A DNA stretch of 63,343 nucleotides, counting the filler, from Chrysochromulina tobinii (lineage: Eukaryota): assembly GCA_001275005.1 (NCBI GenBank). It is 9 parts of 9 records of this genome, joined end to end, with 100 filler letters (N's around TTAATTAATTAA, not from the genome) between each part and the next. Parts side by side here need not be neighbours in the genome. Positions count along the whole stretch, not along the records: positions 1 to 13,426 come from JWZX01000286.1; positions 13,527 to 18,966 come from JWZX01000290.1; positions 19,067 to 28,345 come from JWZX01000291.1; 6 more parts are not named here. One strand, given 5' to 3'. Positions 10,277 through 19,103 of the stretch are shown in pieces (position 1 is the stretch's first letter; each line of letters begins with the position of its first letter). The translations under genes were made by a program, and so were the position numbers. The notes under the pieces were generated by a model. It was not told the DNA's origin, ran no database searches, and worked only from the letters and a program-made list of their open reading frames with translations.

Positions 10277-12685
10277 ATGGCCGACGAGCTTCAGATGCCC
10301 GACGTGCTCGAGTTGACTGGCTGTTGCCATCAAGAAAGCCAGAACCTGGCACACGGCTGCATGTTGGTTCGTTACGTTCCGGATCACTACCATCCGCTTC
10401 ACTCATATGTGGTGTGCGAAAATGTGGTGATGCCCATCAATGGCTATTACTTTTGCCACCTGGATTGCCTCCGGACGTATAACACTCACGTCGCCAATCT
10501 GGGCGCGGTTACGGTCATGCCCGACGACGGGCCCGGGGACCAGCCTTACGACATGTTCTTCTTGCCTGAGCGCCGGCGGCCCAAGGAGGAGGCCGACGAG
10601 GGCACGAAATTCCCTGAGAATGCCGAGTTGGAGGCTGGTGATGATGTTGAGCTTGATGCTGGTGATGATGCTGAGCTTGCAGGCGCCAAGAAAGGCGGTG
10701 GTCGTGGCGGCGACGGTCGTGGCGGCGGCGGTCGTGGCGGCGGCGGTCGTGGCGGCGGCGGTCGTGGCGGCGGCGACGGTGAGATTGACAGCGAGGAGGG
10801 CGAGGCTGACGCCGATGAAGGCGGCGGCGGTGGCGGCGGCGGTCGTGGCGGCGGTCGTGGCGGCGGTGATCGTGGCGGCGGCGGTCGTGGCGGCGGCGGT
10901 CGTGGCGGCAACGGTCGTGACGGCGTCGAGAAACCGGCAGAACAGCCATTCGATGGGGTCGCAGTCGGCATGCGCGTTCGGATGATCTTCAACACTCAGC
11001 CACCAAGCTGGTATGGTGGGCTGATCGTGCTACAAGATGATGACGAGCGAATTTGGATTGCATTTGACGATGGCGACCTACGTGTAATTGATGAGAATAG
11101 GTTCCTGGACGAATGGAAGGTGGGCAAGATTAGACACATGGATGTTGCAGAAGGAGGGCTGGTGGAAAATACTGGAGGCCTCGCTGCAGCCGAAGATGTG
11201 ACGTGGTATAACGGAAAGCCCGCTGGTGTGTTGCTCGGCAAGACAGGCCTCAGCATGGGAGGCATGCTCATCTACCAGTCCCACGTCGTTCAGCCTGCAT
11301 CGTTCAAGCCTGCAGGACGTCAAAGAGGGAGCAGATCGGGGGGTGATGCTCCCCAGAACATAAGAGAATACGGTGGCTGGCATACTGTTTTCAAGGGCGA
11401 TCGCGTCGACTACGCAGCCAGTAATGTTAAGGCCGGAACAACGGGCGCGCAAGAAGAAGGCCAACATGCCTCCGCAATTGTCTTTGGCTTTGCATGGCAT
11501 AAGGGCAACAAAGCAGACCAAGGGCGCAAGTTCCTGATCCTTTACGAAGAGGCCTCTCGCATCTTCTTCATTGGCATGTGCACGAGATGGCGGCGGCGGA
11601 CAAACTTCGATGTGATCGCCGCTACAAACTTCGATGAGGATGCCCACGATCAAGCTGCTACGATTAGTGTTGAGCTTTGTGAAATCATGAACGCGGACTT
11701 TGAGTTGTCCGGGCCCTTGGCCATATTGGCCCAGGATACGTTCACCAAGGTGGAGAACCAGGCGAAACATCCGCCGCCAAGTCTTCGGGGACAAAACAAG
11801 GCGGCGGCCGCTGCTGCTGCTCAGCTGAAGGCAAAAACAAAGGCCGAAGCAAAGGCCGACGCTAAAGCGAAGGCTCAGGCCGACGCGAAGGCTCAGGCCG
11901 ACGCTAAAGCGAAGGCTCTGGCCGACGCTAAAGCGAAGACAAAGCCAAAAGGAGAGGGGCGGAAACGGAAGGAGGCGGAGGTGGAGGCGGAGGGAGAAGT
12001 AGAGGACGATTCGCAGCCGAAGAAGATCAAGCCCGCGCCATCGCTGCCGCCACCAAAACCGCAGAAACCGCCAAAACTGCCGAAACCGCCACCTAAGCTG
12101 AACAGGCTTGAAGAAGCAGAGGAAGATGAAGAGGTGGATGAGGACGGTGCAGAGCCGTCGCCAAAGAAGAAGGAGACGTCTTCACCTCCGCCGAAACCGC
12201 CACCGAAATCGACCATGCTGCCGGCTGCAGTGCCGCCTCTGCCTCGCGGTTGGAAATCTAGCTTTGACGAGGACGGGGTCATCTTCTACTACAACCAGGA
12301 CCGATCAAAGGTCCAATATGAAGAACCGACGCCCCATGTCACCGCGTCGCCGCCTCCGCCGCCGCCGCGTGCGCCAAAGCCACAGTGCATGCCGCAAAGG
12401 CAGCCACAGCCAGCCGCCAAAACGCACGTCCATCCGCCAGCGTCGATGTGGTTGACGCAGCTGCAGGGCGGCTCGAGCAGCAGTACGTCTGAAAGACCAG
12501 ATGACGTTATCCCCTCGGAGCGGCGTGAGAGCGCGAGAGGTCTCCAGCCGTTGGAAATGCAGCGTCTCAGGCAGATGGCAGCGCTCAGATCTCAGCTCTT
12601 GTATGCAACCTCTGAGGAGAATAAAATGCGTATTGCTGGACTTCTGGCCGATCTCGAGCTGGCTCACGAGCAGGGTTGGACTTGA
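10277..12685 (+). CDS. Cys/His N-terminus + RGG boxes + Tudor-like + WW domain protein
   Basis: 802-aa ORF; (GGGGR)n; VAVGMRVRMIF..WYGGLI..IWIAFDDGD (Tudor-like); LPRGWKSSFDEDGVIFYYNQDRSKVQYEEP (WW). Confidence 0.75.
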   Translation: MADELQMPDVLELTGCCHQESQNLAHGCMLVRYVPDHYHPLHSYVVCENVVMPINGYYFCHLDCLRTYNTHVANLGAVTVMPDDGPGDQPYDMFFLPERRRPKEEADEGTKFPENAELEAGDDVELDAGDDAELAGAKKGGGRGGDGRGGGGRGGGGRGGGGRGGGDGEIDSEEGEADADEGGGGGGGGRGGGRGGGDRGGGGRGGGGRGGNGRDGVEKPAEQPFDGVAVGMRVRMIFNTQPPSWYGGLIVLQDDDERIWIAFDDGDLRVIDENRFLDEWKVGKIRHMDVAEGGLVENTGGLAAAEDVTWYNGKPAGVLLGKTGLSMGGMLIYQSHVVQPASFKPAGRQRGSRSGGDAPQNIREYGGWHTVFKGDRVDYAASNVKAGTTGAQEEGQHASAIVFGFAWHKGNKADQGRKFLILYEEASRIFFIGMCTRWRRRTNFDVIAATNFDEDAHDQAATISVELCEIMNADFELSGPLAILAQDTFTKVENQAKHPPPSLRGQNKAAAAAAAQLKAKTKAEAKADAKAKAQADAKAQADAKAKALADAKAKTKPKGEGRKRKEAEVEAEGEVEDDSQPKKIKPAPSLPPPKPQKPPKLPKPPPKLNRLEEAEEDEEVDEDGAEPSPKKKETSSPPPKPPPKSTMLPAAVPPLPRGWKSSFDEDGVIFYYNQDRSKVQYEEPTPHVTASPPPPPPRAPKPQCMPQRQPQPAAKTHVHPPASMWLTQLQGGSSSSTSERPDDVIPSERRESARGLQPLEMQRLRQMAALRSQLLYATSEENKMRIAGLLADLELAHEQGWT

Positions 12686-13016
12686 GAGCTGGAAGGAGAA
12701 GAGAGCATGAGAGGCTGAGAGTACATCTGAGAGCACAAGAGCAGGGGAAGCCGCGTGAGGGCGCGAGTCGCGCGATGAGAGCATGAGAGAGCAAGACGGA
12801 GATCCGCCGCATGTAAGATATCTGAGATGAGACAGAGCGTACGGTAAGAGCGGGAGGGCAGGAGGGCGTGAGCGCTGAGCCGAGCGTGAGCCGAGCGTGA
12901 GAGATAAGAGAGATCGTGAGACAGCGTGTGCGTGAGACACTGAGCGAGAGAGCGGCCGAACCACAAGAGGGACAATAGTTGTTTGAATGTGTGAGTCCGG
13001 TCTAATAACGATTCAC

Positions 13017-13403
13017 TCACTCGCCAGGACCCTGGACCTTGCGCAAAAACAAGCACACACTCCCCTTCTTGAACTCAGCTTCCTCCGTAGCGGAGAGTAG
13101 TTTTCCATGGCCTGCCCGGTATGCGCACTGCCAGCACTTCCGCTCCGAAGCCTGCTTTTCCGCCATAATGCAAAAGTGGGCTGCGGGCCACGGGCGACGG
13201 CCTACAACGTGCAGTAGGTAAGGAATGAACTCCTCATCTGGGGCTAATCGAGCGTGGCTAGCCGCATGCTCTGCGCCGGCGTGAGCGTATGCAGAGCGGT
13301 AAGCCGCGGCCAACCTGGCCTGGTGCCCAGGCGCCAAATACACTTCGGAAAATGTGCGCTCAAATTTGTGCGACACTTGCAGCCTGCCCTCGGCAAAACT
13401 CAT
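13017..13403 (-). CDS. Hypothetical protein, possibly 5' truncated by the contig end
   Basis: 128-aa non-repetitive ORF with CWQC, convergent with 10277..12685; no recognisable domain. Confidence 0.3.
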   Translation of the reverse strand: MSFAEGRLQVSHKFERTFSEVYLAPGHQARLAAAYRSAYAHAGAEHAASHARLAPDEEFIPYLLHVVGRRPWPAAHFCIMAEKQASERKCWQCAYRAGHGKLLSATEEAEFKKGSVCLFLRKVQGPGE

Positions 13404-13426
13404 GATGGGATATAGTCTTAATCTGT

Positions 13427-13526
13427 NNNNNNNNNNNNNNNNNNNNNNNNNNNNNNNNNNNNNNNNNNNNTTAATTAATTAANNNNNNNNNNNNNNNNNN
13501 NNNNNNNNNNNNNNNNNNNNNNNNNN
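13427..13526. other. Artificial contig spacer
   Basis: N44-TTAATTAATTAA-N44. Confidence 0.98.
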
Positions 13527-15999
13527 CCTCCTCCTCCTCCTCCTCCTCCTCCTCCTCGCCTTCCTTATCATCGCTCTCGACACTGTATCCTCCTCCTTCT
13601 TGGACTGCTGCTCTCTTCGCAAGCTCCTGATCCAACCACTCCGCTGCCAACCTCGCTACTGGCGGCTCAGCCGTTTGGGATGAAGTTTCCGAGGTAGTCA
13701 AGGCGACGGCCACTGCCGCGCCCTTGAGTGTTCGCTCTAAAGCGGTGCGATCGAGCCCATATGCAAGCACTCTGGAGACCAATGCATCCTTCAGACCCGC
13801 CGCTTCGTTGCCATACTTCAACTCATCCTGCGTGTTGCGACGGTATGCCAATTGATAGCAAGCGGCAAGGAGTTCCCATGCGCGCGCCCTGCAGCTTGCT
13901 GGCCAGAGTGAATGAGACGCCGCATGCCACGGCATGCAAGTGGCAGCTACCAACTGAGCGGCCTCGTACCCGGCTGTCCCTGGTCCACGCTGCAAACTGA
14001 AAAAGGCACGCGATTGAAGGAATGCGTCCTGCACTCGGCCACCCGCGCGAAGCAGGGCCTTGCATTGCAAGGCAGAAAGGAGCTCGAGATAGTGCAACGG
14101 CGACGTATGGTCGCGTGTGCGGCGAAGCCAACGGCAGACAGTAGGGTAGCCAGCCGACACTTGAATGGCTGTCGGAGCACCGGCCAGCTCTCGAGTGGCG
14201 CCATGCAAACACAGCTCCTGCACGTTGCGCAGATGGCCATGACGTGCCGCTAAGAGAAGCGGCGTATCGCCGAAGCCATCTGTTTGGTCGATGTCGGCGC
14301 CCGCTTGCAGAAGGAACCGAATGCAGCGGACATAGTTGCGCTCTGAGTCGGCATGACCTGGGCGTTGATCAGCAGCGTGATGCAAGGGCGTTGATCCATT
14401 TGCAGCCGCCGCCACCAGGCTAGCTCCCGCCCCGAGCTCATGCAGCGCATGCAAGCAGCTCACGTGGCCTTCCATGGCAGCTAGATGCGCGGGCGTCCTT
14501 CCATTTGCAGCCGCCGCCGACAGGCTGGCCCCCGCCCCGAGCTCATACAGCGCATGCAAGCAGCTCACGTGGCCTTTCATGGCAGCGAGATGCGCGGGCG
14601 TCCTTCCATCTGCAGCAGCCGCCGACAGGCTAGCAGCCGCCCCGAGTTCATGCAGCGCATGCAAGCAGCTCACGTGGCCTTCCAGAGCAGCGAGATGCGC
14701 GAGCGTCACTTCATTTGCATCCGCCGCCGACAGGCTGGCCGCCGCCCCGAGCTCATGCAGAGCATGCAAGGAGCTCAAGTGGCCTTCCATTGCAGCGAGA
14801 TGCGCGGGCGTCATTCCATCTGCAGTCGCCGCCGACAGGCTGGCCCCCGCCCCGAGCTCATGCAGAGCATGCAAGCAGCTCACGTGGCCTTCCATTGCAG
14901 CGAGATGCGCGGGCGTCCATCCTTTTGCAGCTGCCGCCGACAGGCTAGCCGCCGCCCCGAGCTCATGCAGTGCATGCATACAGCCCACGTGGCCTTCCAG
15001 AGCAGCCTCATGCGCGGGCGTCCTTCCATCTGCATCCGCCGCCACCAGGCTAGCCCCCGCCCCGAGCTCATGCAGCGCATGCAAGCAGCTCACGTGGCCT
15101 TTCATTGCAGCGCGATGAGCGGGCGTCCCTCCATCTGCATCCGCTGCCGACAGGCTGGCCGCCGCCCCGAGCTCATGCAGCGCATGCAAGCAGCTCACGT
15201 GGCCTTTCCTTGAAGCGAGATGTGCGGGCGTCCTTCCATCTGCAGCCGCCGCCGACAGGCTAGCCGCCGCCCCGAGCTCATGCAGCGCATGCAAGCAGCT
15301 CGCGTGGCCTTGAAAAGCAGCGTCATGCGCGGGTGTCCATCCATTTGCAGACGCCGCCACCAGGCTAGCCGCCGCCCCGAGCTCATGCAGCGCATGCAAG
15401 CAGCTCACGTGGCCTTTCCTTGCAGCGAGATGCGCGGGCGTCCTTCCATCTGCAGCCGCCGCCGACAGGCTGGCCGCCGACCCGAGCTCATGCAGCGCAT
15501 GCAAGCAGCTCGCGTGGCCTTCCATTGCAGCGAGATGCGCTGGCGTCCATCCATCTGCATCCGCCGCCGACAGGCTAGCCGCCGCCCCGAGCTCATGCAG
15601 TGCATGCAAGCAGCTCACGTGGCCTTCCAGAGCAGCGGCATGCGCGGGCGTCCTTCCATTTGCAGACATCGCCGAGAGGCTAGCAGTCGACCCGAGCTCA
15701 TGCAGCGCATGCAAGCAGCTCACGTGGCCTCGCATTGCAGCCCATATTGAGGGCGTCTTTCCATTTGCATCCGCCACCGACAGGGTAGCTTCCGCCCCGA
15801 GCTCATGCAGCGCAACCAAAAAGCTCGCGTGGCCTTCCATAGCAGCAATGTGCGCGGGCGTCTTTCCATTTGCACCCACCGCCATGAGGTTGGCAAGCGC
15901 CAGACCGCGAAGACTGTCGCCATCTCCTTGAAATGCAGCATTGTGTGCAGGACCCAGCACATCTTCCATGGCTGCCCGATGCGTGCCGCTTTCGTCCAC
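13527..15999 (-). CDS. Ankyrin-repeat protein (14 near-identical 35-aa repeats plus caps), 3' partial
   Basis: GxTPAHxAAxxGHVSCLHALHELGAAASLSAAxAD repeats with a 105-nt period (about 14398..15867); poly-Glu runs into the gap; start may be ATG 15969. Confidence 0.92.
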
Positions 16000-16269
16000 G
16001 CCGTCAGCGCGGCGCCTGGGCGCTGGGGCCGCCCGCTGTGAGAGAGAGAGATGTTCGAGGTTTGCCTATTTAAGACTAGCGCCGTATTGGTAACTTTTGG
16101 AGTTGAGGCGCAGCCGCTGGTGTACGCGGCTTGACCATTCCCCCTGCCCCGTGTATGGCCACGGGTAGGTCATGATTTCCTGCATGGTGCATGCGCCCGG
16201 GACAGAAGCGAGCCTGTACGCTGTAGGGAAACTCCGCGCTACTCATACTTAACACTCAAAACGCCGCCG

Positions 16270-16786
16270 CCGACGACGACCGTGTGCGTCTTGCCGGTGC
16301 CATTTGGCCGTCGGCGAAGGGCGTCACGGTGTGCCCCGCGAGTTACCCCGCGAGGAACTTGGCGGTGAACGGCGCGACGAACTGCGCGTACACCTCCTCC
16401 TGCGTGCTGTTCTCATCGTACACGTGATCGAAGGTGAAGCTCTTGCTCGGCTTGAGCGCAGAGCTCGCGTCCGGAAACGACCGGCGCGGCGAGGCACGCG
16501 GAGATTCGCTGCCGGGCTTGTCCGAGTCGTCGGAGCCGCCGGCGATCGTCACCGTGCCCTTGCTGAGCGTCAGCACACCGCCAGCGTCCTTCGCACGCTC
16601 GTGCGGCAGCAGTGGGCGGCAGCGCCCCTTGGCCACACGGAAAGCTTTGGCGTTGTCTCCGGACGACGCGGCGGTGCTCTTGCTGCCCCGTCTCGAGATA
16701 CGTCTCTGCCCAACGCCCCTTGCCCCAGCCCGTCGGCCCCTGTGCTTCCCTGTGCTACTCTCTCGACCTACCTCGGCCTCAGTCAC
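16270..16786 (-). pseudogene. Kinesin motor N-terminal fragment (pseudogene)
   Basis: RCRPLLPHE, FTFDHVYDENSTQEEVY, then TAA within a ctcgcgggg duplication and a frameshifted P-loop (GQ-/GTGKTHT); rest of the motor domain absent. Confidence 0.8.
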
Positions 16787-18417
16787 TCATCGCGCACGTC
16801 ATAGATCCTCACCGTGTGGTCGGCGGCGGCGAGCGCCACGCGGTACTCGGACTCAAGCGCTGTCCCGGGCGCGCACACGTCGAGGCTGCGCACCGCTTTG
16901 GGCAGGCGGAGCGTCGCCTTCGGCTGCAGGCTCGCTGCGTCGAGCAGCGTGAGCTCGCCACTGCCGTCGAGTGCCGCCACTCCGGCCGCCGCTACGAGCG
17001 AGGAGTGGCCTGCACCCTCGGCACGCCCCGACGAGCAGAACTGGGCCGCGTAGAGCTTGCACCCGCCATACGGGCGGACTGGCGCCCACGACGAGCTGAT
17101 GGCTGTCGCAATCGACGAGGACGCACCGAGGGGAGCCGCGGTGCGCGTGTCGAAGAGGCGGAGCTGGTTTGTGGGGGCGAAGGCGCCCACGAGGAGCTGA
17201 TGGCCTTCGCAATCGAGTGCGTCGCCGCAAACGGGTCCGCCGAGGCCGCTAAAGGCCTGGACGACTCGTGCACTTCTCAGGTCCCACAAGCGCACGGTCG
17301 CGTCCCACCCTGCGCTCGCGATCAGCTGCGGATGCCCAGGCACGAACCGAACGCAGAAGAGGCGACTTGTGTGCATGCCGGCACTAGCGGCGCTCCCGCC
17401 GCCGCCCGCGCCGAGAAAGCGTCGCATCTCCGCATCCGGCTCGCCACACGCGGTGAGCAGTTGGCGGGTAGCCTCATCATACACACGCACGACGGTGTCC
17501 TTGCCCGCCGTGGCCACGTACCCGCCACCGGCGCCACTGGCCATGCCGTCGGACTGCGAGCTAAGGGCAAGGGCATAGAGGGCATCAGCCTCCGTGAGGG
17601 AGTGGAGCGGCGGGCACGAGGCTCCGTCCGTCGAGCTGCTGCCGAGGCGCCACCAGTGGAGGCGCCCGTTGGCGGTTGTGGCGAGCACGGTGCGCGTCCC
17701 TGTCCAGCGCACACACGTCACGGGCAGTGCACCCGCCGCCACGGTGCGCGAGGCACCCTCCTCCTCCCCCCCCTCGCAGCTCAGCACGTGCGCCGGCCTA
17801 CCGGAGCCGCTGTGGAAGACGCGCACGGTGCCGTCGCCGCAGCCGGCCGCGAGGAGCAAGCCGTCGGGCGAGAAGCGCACGCAGAATGCGCTCGTCCCCT
17901 CCTCTCCCAGCTCGTCGCACCGGATCACGCGCAGAGGCTCAAAGAGCTCCGGTCGCAGCGATGTCGACAAACGCACCTTAGCGTCGGCCGGCGCGTCGTC
18001 GACGGGTGCCTCGTCGCCGGCCGTCTCCAGCTCGTCTCCGGGCGCCTCCAGCTCGCCGCCGAGCATCACCGGAAGGTCCTCGCGGGCCGCCAGTGCCGAG
18101 GCGACCGAGCGCACCTTGATCGGCGGAGGCAGCGGCGGCATGCTGTCCTCCTCGCGCCTGCGGTATGCCTGCCCGAGAAGACGTGCCAATCGCTTCCGGG
18201 CAAGAGCGCGCAGCTTCGCCTTGCGCTCTCCGTCAGTCAGCGGAGCGTCTCTTTTGACGGCTGGAGCAGAGAGCAGCACTGGCTGGGTGCTCTTCTGCTT
18301 GCTGGTCGCACTCGCGGCGCCGCCCTTTTTGTACTTGTTTAGCACCTTCAAAGCGCTCTCGCTCATCCCGGCCACGCCCGTATCCGTCTGATAGCCGAGA
18401 AAATGCTCCGGGTTCAT
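16783..18417 (-). CDS. WD40-repeat protein
   Basis: CVRFSPDG..AAGCGDGTVRVF, ATAGKDTVVRVYD, ASAGWDATVRLWD, AADHTVRIYD. Confidence 0.9.
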   Translation of the reverse strand: MNPEHFLGYQTDTGVAGMSESALKVLNKYKKGGAASATSKQKSTQPVLLSAPAVKRDAPLTDGERKAKLRALARKRLARLLGQAYRRREEDSMPPLPPPIKVRSVASALAAREDLPVMLGGELEAPGDELETAGDEAPVDDAPADAKVRLSTSLRPELFEPLRVIRCDELGEEGTSAFCVRFSPDGLLLAAGCGDGTVRVFHSGSGRPAHVLSCEGGEEEGASRTVAAGALPVTCVRWTGTRTVLATTANGRLHWWRLGSSSTDGASCPPLHSLTEADALYALALSSQSDGMASGAGGGYVATAGKDTVVRVYDEATRQLLTACGEPDAEMRRFLGAGGGGSAASAGMHTSRLFCVRFVPGHPQLIASAGWDATVRLWDLRSARVVQAFSGLGGPVCGDALDCEGHQLLVGAFAPTNQLRLFDTRTAAPLGASSSIATAISSSWAPVRPYGGCKLYAAQFCSSGRAEGAGHSSLVAAAGVAALDGSGELTLLDAASLQPKATLRLPKAVRSLDVCAPGTALESEYRVALAAADHTVRIYDVRDE

Positions 18418-18671
18418 GATGTTGGGCCGGGCGTGCTACAAACTCGATGTGGAGGGTGTTGTTCGGGCGCGATCGATTTCGTCAGATCTCGCTTCGCGCT
18501 TCGACCCAGTTCAGTTCAGTTTCGTCGCGGACCCCCCACGCTCACTCCACCTCCCGGCCCCAATGTGATATGAGGGGTGGGGGAGTACGTGCACGCGCTC
18601 ACGCGTGCGTTGCCTTGGGCCGGTGTGTGCACCGTCTCGACGGACGGCTCCGCTCCCCTCGGTCAACACAA

Positions 18672-18744
18672 GTACTGAGTACTCGCTCGCTCGGGTTCTC
18701 GGGCTACTCATTTTCAGCTACAAGTGAGGTCGGTCTCTCCCAGC
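18672..18744. repeat. Dispersed motif pair gtactgagtactc ... ggtcggtctctcccagc, copy 1
   Basis: Both motifs recur in the same order at 38835..39008. Confidence 0.55.
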
Positions 18745-18966
18745 ACACAGTTCTACCCCTGGTCCCTGGAACCCTGGAGCCTTGGACGGGTTCAGACCCG
18801 CGGGGCAAGGAACTCCGGGGAGTCTTGGACTCAGAGTCACTTGACTCACTGTCTCTGACGTTGACTTATTTAGTCTTCCAGCGCGGGTAGGAGACGCAAC
18901 TTAAGACGCAACCTTTCAAGAACGATAAGAAGTTCCATCCGTCCAAAAACACCGGGGGAAGGCTGT

Positions 18967-19066
18967 NNNNNNNNNNNNNNNNNNNNNNNNNNNNNNNNNN
19001 NNNNNNNNNNTTAATTAATTAANNNNNNNNNNNNNNNNNNNNNNNNNNNNNNNNNNNNNNNNNNNN
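18967..19066. other. Artificial contig spacer
   Basis: N44-TTAATTAATTAA-N44. Confidence 0.98.
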
Positions 19067-19103
19067 CGCTCAGCGCCGGAGCGAGCGCCCTACCGCCCCT
19101 TAG

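Noticed and set aside
13427..13526. TTAATTAATTAA palindrome recurring eight times
   Set aside because: Always centred in an identical 100-nt N block, with stops in all six frames; an assembly linker, not biology. Gene neighbourhoods across these spacers were not interpreted.
16612..18342. 576-aa plus-strand ORF and the many other long overlapping ORFs (e.g. 51551..53062, 20570..21874, 25273..26253)
   Set aside because: Antisense or shifted-frame shadows of real genes in GC-rich DNA; no motifs.
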